The position numbers and the translations under genes are program-made. DNA of 63,644 bases, the filler included, from Octopus bimaculoides (Eukaryota): NCBI RefSeq assembly GCF_001194135.2. It is 8 parts of 7 records of this genome, joined end to end, with 100 filler letters (N's around TTAATTAATTAA, not from the genome) between each part and the next. Parts side by side here need not be neighbours in the genome. Positions count along the whole stretch, not along the records: positions 47,951 to 54,017 come from NC_068983.1; positions 54,118 to 59,015 come from NC_068984.1; positions 59,116 to 61,689 come from NC_068991.1; positions 61,790 to 63,644 come from NW_026398046.1; 4 more parts are not named here. One strand, given 5' to 3'. The stretch's first letter is position 1, and every line of letters begins with the position of its first letter. Positions 52,180 through 63,644 of this stretch are shown here, one piece after another. The notes below the pieces were generated by a model. The model saw nothing but the letters and a program-made list of their open reading frames with translations. It was not told the origin of the DNA and did not search any database.

Positions 52180-53962
52180 CAAATATCTCATTCTCTCCTC
52201 CTTTCCCCCTCTCTATAATATATATATATATGCACACACACACACACAAACACATAGGCGTCAACCTAATACACCCTGTTTCTTGGTTTGTTGTTTTTTC
52301 ACCACGTCTTTAAGTTTTGTTTACTTTTGGAATATGTATGTATGTATATATATATATATANNNNNNNNNNNNNNNNNNNNNNNNNNNNNNNNNNNNNNNN
52401 NNNNNNNNNNNNNNNNNNNNNNNNNNNNNNNNNNNNNNNNNNNNNNNNNNNNNNNNNNNNNNNNNNNNNNNNNNNNNNNNNNNNNNNNNNNNNNNNNNNN
52501 NNNNNNNNNNNNNNNNNNNNNNNNNNNNNNNNNNNNNNNNNNNNNNNNNNNNNNNNNNNNNNNNNNNNNNNNNNNNNNNNNNNNNNNNNNNNNNNNNNNN
52601 NNNNNNNNNNNNNNNNNNNNNNNNNNNNNNNNNNNNNNNNNNNNNNNNNNNNNNNNNNNNNNNNNNNNNNNNNNNNNNNNNNNNNNNNNNNNNNNNNNNN
52701 NNNNNNNNNNNNNNNNNNNNNNNNNNNNNNNNNNNNNNNNNNNNNNNNNNNNNNNNNNNNNNNNNNNNNNNNNNNNNNNNNNNNNNNNNNNNNNNNNNNN
52801 NNNNNNNNNNNNNNNNNNNNNNNNNNNNNNNNNNNNNNNNNNNNNNNNNNNNNNNNNNNNNNNNNNNNNNNNNNNNNNNNNNNNNNNNNNNNNNNNNNNN
52901 NNNNNNNNNNNNNNNNNNNNNNNNNNNNNNNNNNNNNNNNNNNNNNNNNNNNNTATATATATATATATATATATTTGTCCGTTCATATATCAGTGCTTCT
53001 TCGTACGCTTTTTGCTGTTTTTATTTTTTAATCTCCTATGATTTAAATATCGTTTTTTTTTTCTTCTCATGTTTTGTCTCTTTTTCATTATTTCTTATTC
53101 CCATGATTGCCTTTCCTTCACTTCCTTTTTCTATAAGTTTTTTTTTTTTTGTTTGTTTCTTACCCTTATTTCCTTCTCCCTTCCAACCGCCATTCCATTC
53201 TAAATCTAACTCCTACAAATAATAGAGTCTGGGTGCCTGCATCTGTAGTGAGTGTGAATCTGTCACACGATAGGTGTCATGTGTGAAAGTCAATTGCTAA
53301 CAACTGAATTGCATTTTAGCACGGTGTGCGAAAAGAAACTGCTTAATAAATACTGTTCACCGCATTACCACTTCCACAAAACTACCTCACAATTCACTTA
53401 AACCATTCCGTCTTCATCGTCCTTGTTGTTCATCTTAACTATCACCTTCTTAATCTTCATCTTTTCTCTGTATCACTATTCTCGTCTCTACTAATCTGTT
53501 CCTGTCATTTTTACTGATTTTCTCGTTTTCTGTAAATCCTCTTTTGGTTATTACACAAGTGAGACGACGGTGGCCAGGCAGAATCACACGCGATTTTTAA
53601 TTACTATATTCTGAGTTCGATTCCCGCAGAAAACAACATTCATCCTTTCAGGTTTATTAAAATAAAGTATCTCGATCGTATTAAATCGCCAGTGCACCCC
53701 CACTGGTCTTGTATCGATGTTAGAAATCAATATCAGAGCAGCAGGTAAAATGTTTAGTTGTAATTTGGTTATGTCTCTTTAGATTCTGAGTGTCGAGATT
53801 ACAATTCTGCCTTCTAGAATTACATATATACATATATATATGGGATGTAATTAGAGGATAATTTCTGGATGTATTGAAGTGAATTGATGAGAGTCTATAC
53901 TTATTACGGGTGCGATCTGTTGAATATGAATAACGGACAGTTGTATGCGCATCGGCCGCTGA

Positions 53963-54013
<51 letters not shown>

Positions 54014-54136
54014 AACANNNNNNNNNNNNNNNNNNNNNNNNNNNNNNNNNNNNNNNNNNNNTTAATTAATTAANNNNNNNNNNNNNNNNNNNNNNNNNNN
54101 NNNNNNNNNNNNNNNNNTATATATATATATATATAT

Positions 54137-54429
54137 ACCGCCTGACTGGCCTTGTAGGGTTTTCGAGCGAGATCGTTGCCAGTGCCCCTGGACTGGCTCT
54201 TGTGCGGGTGGCACATAAAAGACACCGTTTTCGTGCGGGTGACATGTAAAAGCACCCACTACACTCTCTGAGTGGTTGGCGTTAGGAAGGGCATCCAGCT
54301 GTAGAAACTCTGCCATATTAGATTGGAGCCTGGTGTTGCCATCCGGTTTCACCAGTCCTCAGTCAAATCGTCCAACCCATGCTAGCATGGAAGGCGGACG
54401 TTAAACGATGATGATGATGATGATGATGA
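54137..54429 (+). mobile_element. Retroposon family G, longest copy, (GAT)n tail
   Basis: ACCGCCTGACTGG...GGAAGGGCATCCAGCTGTAGAAAC...CGGACGTTAAACGATGATGATG. Confidence 0.9.
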
Positions 54430-55954
54430 CATGGTTCAGTTAATAGGGTTATTCATAGAATGTTTTGGCTATAAATTATCAGTTGCAAAATGAAAAAGAA
54501 GTTACTTAATTTACATTTTTGGTTAGGTATTTGCTAGTATATGAGGGTATGAATTATTACTGGTATCTCATTTCTACTATAATAGGTCTTTCACTTCTCA
54601 ACTTGTTTGCTGTGTTTCACTACCATTTGAACCCACTCCTCTACTTCTTGCAATGATCAACTTCCCTTCTGAAACTGCATGCATCTCTATATTCAACTTC
54701 TCATTTCAAGCACTATTGCTGTATAGAACAAACCACACACTTCCTTTCATGTATTCCAATGATAGATAGACTCACACTGAAACACATTAACTATATAAAT
54801 TTCACTCAACCATAGCACAGAGATTCCCATGAGCTAAGAGTAATATCCTTCTTCATTGCATGCAACAATAAACAAAATTAAAAACCACAATCTCTATTTA
54901 GATAAATGTTATGATTGTTCTTAGAACAGATACACTGAGTAACAAATACAAACTGGAGTAAGACCCTTAAACATATGGTATGAATTATTTTGCTTGATGT
55001 TATGATAATACCTGTTAGTAGAAGCAGTCCTAAAATGAATTGATATGAAAGAAGATCCCTCTTTCCTTTAGATTTCTGAAATTCTTCCAGAGTTTGTAAG
55101 CATTTGAAATTGTAATAATTCACTAGTAATATCAAGTCACTCTTAATTCATCTCCCTGTCCTAATAATTCCTGTATTTTATTTATTTTTCTTCTCCTGTA
55201 AACATATCTCCCATTTCAGTATAAAGTGGTATAAGCACTTTCAATTAAGCATTAAAGGTTTGATTTATAGATGCTACCTTGTAGACAGCTCTCTCAGCTC
55301 TGACATATTGAAGATACTATTGAAATATGGGATCTTCAAATTCCAGTCTGAATAATACATATAGCAGAATGGCTATTAGACAGAACTATTTATCAATGAT
55401 ACTATAGTAATTGAGGTCTAATTATTAATGATGACAATGATGATATTTAGAAGATCATTTTTTTACATAGGCATTAAACCTTATTGGAGCAGGATGAAAA
55501 AAAATTGTTTGTTTAATACATTTCTCAAGTGTATTAGCAATGTAAATAAAGAGGAAGAAAAAATAAGGTCTCCAACTCTTGTTTGTTAAGAATATAACAC
55601 TACATATAATAATAATGACAATATAAGATCAGTCTTTTTCATGATGATGTTGATTCTGTTTTGTAGCTTTGCTATAAGATTGAGATTAGTTAATAAAAAT
55701 TCACTCAGAAATAAGAAGGAAAACTTGCTTTTTTTCTTTCTTAAAGAGTTTAATCTGTTCTTAATAGCTTCACCTTCATTGCCTGTATATTTAGATTGGA
55801 ATTAAAATATCAGCATCATACTTTCAACATGCACTTTTTCATGCTTGCATGGGTCTGACAGAATTTGTTGAGGCAGGTTTTTTTATGGCCAGATAAAAGA
55901 TGCTTGTTGCATGCACATTTGTGCATGTATGTGTGTATGTATTGCTGTCTCTTT

Positions 55955-56115
55955 GCCTCAACAAGCATCTTTCAGTTTCTGTCTACAAAATTCCACCCAC
56001 AAGACTTTGGTTAGCTCTGGGCTGTAGTAGAAGACATTTGCCCAGGGTGCTACACAGTGGGACTGACTCTAAAACCATGTGGTTGGCAAGTAAACTTCTT
56101 ACCACATAACCATGC
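55955..56115 (-). mobile_element. SINE family A head
   Basis: Reverse match to the family A head. Confidence 0.8.
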
Positions 56116-56149
56116 TTGTATGTATGTATACATACATACATACCTACAT

Positions 56150-56184
<35 letters not shown>

Positions 56185-56965
56185 CATATATATANNNNNN
56201 NNNNNNNNNNNNNNNNNNNNNNNNNNNNNNNNNNNNNNNNNNNNNNNNNNNNNNNNNNNNNNNNNNNNNNNNNNNNNNNNNNNNNNNNNNNNNNNNNNNN
56301 NNNNNNNNNNNNNNNNNNNNNNNNNNNNNNNNNNNNNNNNNNNNNNNNNNNNNNNNNNNNNNNNNNNNNNNNNNNNNNNNNNNNNNNNNNNNNNNNNNNN
56401 NNNNNNNNNNNNNNNNNNNNNNNNNNNNNNNNNNNNNNNNNNNNNNNNNNNNNNNNNNNNNNNNNNNNNNNNNNNNNNNNNNNNNNNNNNNNNNNNNNNN
56501 NNNNNNNNNNNNNNNNNNNNNNNNNNNNNNNNNNNNNNNNNNNNNNNNNNNNNNNNNNNNNNNNNNNNNNNNNNNNNNNNNNNNNNNNNNNNNNNNNNNN
56601 NNNNNNNNNNNNNNNNNNNNNNNNNNNNNNNNNNNNNNNNNNNNNNNNNNNNNNNNNNNNNNNNNNTACAAAAACTGAACAAAGTTTTTAAAGTTTGTTC
56701 GGTTTTTGTAATTGTGAAATTTTTTCGCCATGAACGGTTTGTGTTTTTAAACGGAATGTATTCTTTCTGATGTTATATTTATTCCTGAATGATGTGTAAA
56801 GAAATTTTGATTTAAGTCTCTTAATGAATTCTTTATACTGAAATATATATTGAAGAAGATAAATATGTTCATTTGAATTTATACATTTTTGCGTCGTAAC
56901 TCCTTTATTATTATTAATATATATATATATATACATATATATATTGTACATGTATGTATGTATTT

Positions 56966-58700
56966 ATATAGGGAAAATAGAAGTTGAAAATGCACTGAGA
57001 ATAGTTCAAATATCTTTTATTAATATGTTTAAAGCTTAAACCAGTTTCACAGTTTACACTGATTTTTAAAAGGTTCAAATAGAAAGACGTGGCTTATTTC
57101 GTGGCTGTCTTGCTTCTGACTAGTGTTTGAAGCTTGCCCTATTTTTATAGGGAGTTCATGTTTTGAATAGGATTTTATTTGTAGAGGATAGTCACATGAC
57201 TGGTCTTAGAAATTTTTGTAGGTTCCCCCCCCCCCATCCGCTGTGTGTTAGTATCAAGTGACAATGTTTGGTAAGTTAAGGCTGACATGGTTGACTGAAC
57301 ATGTCCAAACAATCAATGCTCTGGACATTTTCTGTCAAGTGTTTGTAGAGAATGAGCACATGGTTAAGTTTATAACCTTTTGTACGTTTCCCACTACGTA
57401 TATGCATTAGTGTCATGTGACAGTATATTTTGCACCTAAAAAGAAGGGCAACACGGATAAGTGAACATGTTTAATTATAATCAGGGAACTCCAGATTTAA
57501 TCTGTTTGGTGACGTTTGTAAGTAGTCCAGTGGCTAAAGTTTAGGTTGTTAGCTGTGGAGCTTCCTCATGATAAATGGCAGAATAAATTTTGTGTGAATA
57601 GTTATTTGTGTATGTATTCTGTTAAAATCTTGGTTTGTACTTTCGTATGAAAGTATTTTCTTACAAAAATAATTATTTGTGCTTCATTTGTAGCATTCGC
57701 TAAACATAGGTAGAGTGGGAAGACCTGGAATTTGGGTGACTTATTTTTTGCACATATGTCTATGTGTCCACTCAGTGGAATCTGTCTAGTACTGGGGTCT
57801 CGTATTTGTTGTCAGTGAATGGTCAGTCTATTTCTTGGAGTTAGCTCTGTTTGACCTATGTAATCTTCATTAGATCTTTCACATTTGATAGCGTATATTA
57901 AATTCCTTGAAGAACATGTAAAGTGTTTTTTTACGGTAAAAGTCTGTCCTGATTTGAATTTGTATGTTGTGTCTTCAGTAAGATTTATGCAGGTCCTGCA
58001 ATTGGGGTGGCCACACTTTTTGACTGTTGGTGTAGGAATTGTGGAAGGTAATTTAGCGCTCATGAGGAATTTTCTGAGGAACTTTGATTGTCTTTTACTT
58101 TTGATTATTTTGTGTATTTTGAATGCTCGTTTCATTCTTGGGTTGTGTTTTAGTAGTCGGATGTTCTGGTGGATAATATTGTAAACCTCTATTTGCTTGT
58201 AAATATTGCCATCAAAGTTAAATAGGTTGTTTTCAAGGATAAACTTTAATTAGCGGGAAACATACAAAAGGTTATAAACTTAATCATGTGTTCATTCTCT
58301 ATAAACACTTGATAGAAAACATTCAGAGCATTGATTGTTTGGACATGTTCAGTCAACCATGTCAGCCTTAACTTAGTATTAAGTGAACATTGTCACTTAA
58401 TACTAATACATGGACATAGTGGTGAACCTACACAAATTTCTAAGACCAGTCATGTGACTATCCTCTACCAATCAAATACTATTCAAAACATATACTAATT
58501 TAAGCCATGAACTTCCTATAAAAATAGGGCAAGCTTCAAACACTAGTCAGATGCAAGACAGCCGCGACATAAGCTATGTCTTTCTATTTGAACCTTTTGA
58601 AAATCAGTGTAAACTGTGAAACCCATTATAGCTTTAAATATATTAATAAAAAATATTTTAACTATTCTCAATGCAATTTTAACTTCTATTTTTCCTATAT
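56966..58700 (-). mobile_element. Internally deleted Penelope-like element between long inverted repeats
   Basis: IR arms 56966-57392 and 58255-58700; the spacer encodes an RT fragment, linker and GIY-YIG endonuclease. Confidence 0.88.
57620..58249 (-). pseudogene. PLE RT fragment fused in frame to a GIY-YIG endonuclease (one nonsense codon, 3' frameshift)
   Basis: LKFILENNLFNFDGNIYKQIE|VYNIIHQNIRLL...KKCGHPNCRTC...FTCSSRNLIYAIKC...YIGQT...RNRLTIH*QQIRDP...HIDIC...; later ENTFIRKYKPRFN. Confidence 0.9.
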
Positions 58701-58731
58701 TTCTACCCATGTGGAATAAAATAACTTTGTT

Positions 58732-59015
58732 TTAGGGAGCGAATCAATTTAGATGAGATGCAGTTTGGGTTCGTGCCAGGTAAAAGCACTACTGATGCCT
58801 TATTTCTAGTGAGACAGTTGCAGGAGAAATACCTAGCTAAGGATAAACCTCTGTACCTGGCTTTCGTTGACATGGAGAAAGCCTTTGACAGGGTCCCCCG
58901 ATCCCTTATCTGGTGGTCAATGAGGAAACTTGGGATAGAAGAATGGTTAGTGAGAGCTGTGCGAGCCATGTACAGAGATGCTGCCAGTAAGGTGAGGGTT
59001 GGAAATGAGTACAGC
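58732..59015 (+). mobile_element. Well-preserved RTE-type LINE reverse transcriptase fragment (domains 2-3), runs into a gap
   Basis: RERINLDEMQFGFVPGKSTTDALFLVRQLQEKY...LYLAFVDMEKAFDRVPR; open frame. Confidence 0.93.
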
Positions 59016-59213
59016 NNNNNNNNNNNNNNNNNNNNNNNNNNNNNNNNNNNNNNNNNNNNTTAATTAATTAANNNNNNNNNNNNNNNNNNNNNNNNNNNNN
59101 NNNNNNNNNNNNNNNATGTACTTACATATATATGTGTGTGTATATATAATTATTTTTAAATGTTTTAGCTTCAAAGCTGGTCATGCAGGAGCACCACCGT
59201 TGAATGTACATAT

Positions 59214-59261
<48 letters not shown>

Positions 59262-59594
59262 CTATTATCTTCATGGACATTGCTAACACCATCAACTTCT
59301 TTATTATTACCGAATCCGAATCCTTCTTCTTCTCCTCATTCTTTGCCTCCATCATCGTCGTCGTCGTCATCATCATCATCATCATCATCACAGTTGTCAT
59401 CATCGATGTCATAATTATCGTGAGACAGTAAATGAACTCTGAAATCCAACTTATCCATCTATTATTTTAACCGTATCAATTAATTCATTCCCGTTCCCGC
59501 CAAAATCACAAATATGAAAATTTAGTTATCCATCTGGAAAATCCAGAAAATTAGGTCACTTCCGGTCCCAAGTTTGCCGGATTTTTGTTTTTAG

Positions 59595-59949
59595 TCATTA
59601 GAATGCGGCTGCCTTTTAGTCGAAATTTTAGTCGAACGAATCGCCCCAGTACTTCTTTTTTAACCTGGTACTTACTGTGTCGGACTTTTATGCCGAACCG
59701 CTAGGTTATGGGGACATAGACACACCAACACCGCTTGTCAAGTGGGAATGGGGGACAAACACAGACACAAACACACACACAGATATAGATAGGTATGACG
59801 GTCTTCTTTCAGTTTCCATCGGCCAAATTAATCCAAAGATTTGGTAGGCACATAGCTATAGGAGAAAACACTTACCCAAGATGCCACTTAGTAGGACTGA
59901 ACCTGGAACCATGTGGCTGGGAACCAAACTTCTTACCACACAGCCACGC
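59595..59949 (-). mobile_element. SINE family A, near full length, diverged
   Basis: Head, short microsatellite and tail. Confidence 0.85.
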
Positions 59950-60443
59950 CTTATTTCAACAGATCACTTTGTTGACTAAATACGAGTTTCGCACTTGATA
60001 CGAGGCCATACAATTTATGCTTCGTCTACAGTCGAAGAAATTTAAAGTGAAAACCAATAACAGGCATGTTGGTTTCTAAGATTGGTGGAACCAAATTTTA
60101 AAATATGTTTGATATAATAAATAGCTTTTTTCTCCACTAACCACCCACAAGAGTTTTACACGTCCTTACAATGATATACTAAAATGGGCATAATTCTTAT
60201 TGATTGTAATATATTTAGGAAATGGCGAATTGCCAAATAATGGAATATAATTTCAATTCACCTTATTATTGTGAGATAATTATCTTGGAATGAAATGTAA
60301 ATTCTTCAATATTTTATATTTTGTTATTTTGCATTAGTCGTAGTTGTTCTTTGTACGACTAGTCAAGTGTCAATCTATTTAGTAATATATTCTGCGAGCA
60401 TATATGCATTTCATACATACATACATACATACATACACACGCA

Positions 60444-60481
<38 letters not shown>

Positions 60482-60740
60482 TGTATNNNNNNNNNNNNNN
60501 NNNNNNNNNNNNNNNNNNNNNNNNNNNNNNNNNNNNNNNNNNNNNNNNNNNNNNNNNNNNNNNNNNNNNNNNNNNNNNNNNNNNNNNNNNNNNNNNNNNN
60601 NNNNNNNNNNNNNNNNNNNNNNNNNNNNNNNNNNNNNNNNNCAAATATATATATGCATACATATATGTATACATGCATACATATGTATATAGATATAGAT
60701 ATATAGATATATAGATACATACATACATACATATATATAA

Positions 60741-60931
60741 TAATGGATTTTAGCCAAAAAAGCGCAAATTGATTTCTAAGTTTTTGTAAAAATAGTTTTT
60801 AAAATTTCGTAAAACAATTAATTTTTTTGCTATTTCGGTCGCTTTAGATACACACACACACACACACACGCATGCACACACACATGCACAGACACACACA
60901 TACATAAACACACACTTTCTCATGTATACAT

Positions 60932-60999
<68 letters not shown>

Positions 61000-61262
61000 G
61001 GTCCACACGTTGAATAAATCGTCTTCAATAGAAACATATATAACACGCGTCATATGAAATGAAAAATGAAGTTGTCAAAATCATTTTTAGAAATTATTTA
61101 CTACAATTATCTAAAAATTCATATCGATTTTCGATTACGCTGACCCCAAAATGTACTGATTTCGTGCTATTTCGTTTTCCGTGAGCGATGGGAATGTTTG
61201 GGGATAAAATAGCTTGACTGGACTCCGGACTGAAATAAAAATGTTGCTAAAGAAATCCGTTA
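60741..61262. mobile_element. Possible old TIR element containing microsatellites
   Basis: TAATGGATTTTAGCCAAA versus the reverse complement TAACGGATTTCTTTAGCAACA; TA ends. Confidence 0.35.
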
Positions 61263-61523
61263 TAAATCTGAAATCACAAAAAACTCAAATTTTTATGTCT
61301 TTCTTTAATCTTCTTTATTTTCTTTGTTCCAGTCACTGGAATGCGGTCACGCTGGAGTATCGCATTGAAGGATTTTAGTAGAACAAATGAAACCCAGCAC
61401 TTATTTTGAAGTTTAATATTTATTCTTTTCGTCTCTTTTGCTGAAACAAACTGCTAACTTATGGAATATAAACAAACAACACTTGTTTTTCAAGCGCGAG
61501 ATAAGAAAAAAAAAATACACGCA

Positions 61524-61668
61524 CCTCTGTTTATTTTCTCGCGTTCCTTTCTGTTGCAGAGCGTAGGCTCGAAACGTACAAGACTTTCTCACCTTCCCAA
61601 GCGTTAAACTAATACACCTGATTGTTGTTTACACACCTGTCGTCGTATTTTGTATTTTTGTAAATTCC
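61524..61668 (+). ncRNA. Solo copy of the hammerhead-like repeat
   Basis: CTTT-CTGTTGC-A-GAGC-GTAG-GCTC-GAAACGTA-CAAGAC; downstream sequence matches 23411-23500. Confidence 0.5.
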
Positions 61669-61865
61669 ATATATATATATATATATATANNNNNNNNNNN
61701 NNNNNNNNNNNNNNNNNNNNNNNNNNNNNNNNNTTAATTAATTAANNNNNNNNNNNNNNNNNNNNNNNNNNNNNNNNNNNNNNNNNNNNTCAATTTTTAT
61801 GTTATGAATTGACACAGAAGCAACCTTATAGATTTTAACCAACGTGCGTAAATTAGACTTAAATA

Positions 61866-62035
61866 GGCGCAGGCATGGCTGTGTGGTAAGAATCTTGCTT
61901 CCCAATCACATGGTTGTGGGCTCAGTTCCACTGAGTGAGACCGTGAGGAAGTGTTTTCTGCTATAGCCTCGAACCGACGAAAACCTTGTGAATGGATTTG
62001 GCTGATGGAAACTGAAAGATGCTTGTAGTATATAT
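61866..62035 (+). mobile_element. SINE family A head
   Basis: GGCGCAGGCATGGCTGTGTGG...GAAAGATGC then (TA)n. Confidence 0.85.
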
Positions 62036-62524
62036 ATATATATATTACAATTAAAAGGGTAAAGGATTATCAATTTATTAATTTATTAATAAATTAATAA
62101 TTAATAATTTTTACCAAGCCCTTCAGTATGTAAGCACCATTATCGGTGAGGTACTTATTTAAAAGTTCTTATACATTTATAAACAAAATTTATAAACAAA
62201 ATTAAGGGATCAGCAACTGGTTGCTTCACCACATACCGAAGTTCAGAAATAGCAGCTAAATTGCTGAGACTCCAACAGATGGCAATTACCTGCAACTCAC
62301 ATAGGCAGAACAAGAAGAAAAATAACGAACTAAACTAGCCATAGTTAATCATATACATGTTTCTGGTTTAGAAGGAAAAACTCTTCATTACCTCATCGGT
62401 ATGATATTCCAGTTGCAAATTCGACGATACTGGCAAATGTGCATGCATGACCGAGCGCCATCATAGCAATCGACACAGTTTGAAAGTATCTCCAAATCTA
62501 CATAGGCGAGCCGTCGAGCCGTAG

Positions 62525-62720
62525 TGTGTGCGTGTATGATTGTGTGCGTGTATGATTGTGTGCGTGTATGATTGTGTGCGTGTATGATTGTGTGCGTGTA
62601 TGATTGTGTGCGTGTATGATTNNNNNNNNNNGTGTGCGTGTATGATTGTGTGCGTGTATGATTGTGTGCGTGTATGATTGTGTGCGTGTATGATTGTGTG
62701 CGTGTATGATTGTGTGTGTG
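62525..62720. repeat. 16-bp minisatellite (GTGTGCGTGTATGATT)n
   Basis: About 11-12 identical units interrupted by a 10-N gap. Confidence 0.95.
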
Positions 62721-62799
62721 TGTGTGCGCGCGTGAGCTTCTGTGCTTGTGTTATTCAGTTTTATTTCAAGATTTGTTGCCAATATATGTTTATCAGTCT

Positions 62800-63005
62800 T
62801 TCTTCATCCACCCCATCCTACCACACCGTCTGAGAACCTATGATGGTTTGTTTACATCCCTGTAACCTAACAATTAAGCAAAAGACCAATAAAGAATACG
62901 TGATAGCCTTAAAAAATCTACTGGAGATGATTTGTTTGACGAAACACTTCTAGGCAGTGCACCAGCATGTCCTCAGTCAAATGACTGAAACAAGTAAAAG
63001 ATACA
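62800..63005 (+). mobile_element. SINE family A 3' half, degenerate
   Basis: GTTTACATCCCTGTAAC...CAGTCAAATGACTGAAACAAGTAAAAGA. Confidence 0.7.
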
Positions 63006-63644
63006 TGACATGTTGTTGGTTTATTTCTCCGTTGTGTGTTGTTTGACTGCACAGCCATATTAGTTTTGTATTGCCTTTGTCATATAGATGAAGCCACCTT
63101 AATGATGTTTCATTTCTTCTAGTTAATTTCTAATTTAAAGAGGACTTTTGCAGCTGTTTCTTGCAGATAAAGCTACAACAGAGGGGCCTTATCATTTACT
63201 TGTCTCTCATTTGTTGGATGTTATGTTTAAAACATCTGCATTTCAGTATCTCAGTTTTCACTTATGAGTAAACATAGATGAAACGGAAGAAATTAAGAGC
63301 CATTGAGACCAAAATGATTATTAGAATCATCAGCATACAGAATATGTTAGACCTGAAAATTTTATATAAAAATGACCACAGGTTAATTATTTAAGATTTG
63401 ATTAAACCTGACTAGTACTGCTAGAGTACCCATGAGCCGTTGGGTCACCGGGTAAGTCTGATTTTCCTAGCAACTGAATTTTGTTTCGTGTTTTTTTTTC
63501 CCAGGTTACTTCACATGCTTTCAACAAATGTGACATCGAAATCACGCGTAAACGGCTTCTTTCCTCAGAAAAGAAAATATTAGGCTGCTATTTCTTGCAT
63601 GCCCTGCTACTACGTAACTGGTATTTCGGGTCCTTTACGTGTTA

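Noticed and set aside
55071-55094. 24-nt microexon (ISEILPEF) between TTTAG and GTAAGC
   Set aside because: Such signals arise by chance in AT-rich DNA; no supporting gene context.
62525-62720. CRISPR-like array
   Set aside because: Identical units without unique spacers; no cas genes; eukaryotic context.

Overview
Repeat-saturated, AT-rich animal (eukaryotic) DNA from a gappy draft scaffold. The SINE families, microsatellite load and gap style suggest a cephalopod such as Octopus (inference, not database-confirmed). No intact host gene, rRNA, tRNA gene or CRISPR array can be supported. The window holds about 35 copies of at least six SINE/retroposon families (my labels A-E and G), decayed Tc1/mariner elements and MITEs, a hAT MITE, fragments of RLE-type (R4/Dong-like) and RTE-type LINEs, and many microsatellites. 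The most notable structures are: (1) an internally deleted Penelope-like element whose RT fragment is fused in frame to a GIY-YIG endonuclease and sits between ~430-bp inverted repeats (56966-58700); (2) a ~170-nt repeat carrying a minimal hammerhead-ribozyme-like fold with a non-canonical CUGUUGA core, present as a tandem dimer (23340-23640) and a solo copy (61524-61668); (3) a Merlin-like MITE with an 8-bp TSD whose centre is an inverted (CCCTAA)8/(TTAGGG)3 telomeric palindrome (23691-24282); (4) a 58-bp near-perfect hairpin (17988-18135). Most ORFs in the supplied track are artefacts of N gaps or microsatellites. Boundaries of degenerate repeats are approximate.
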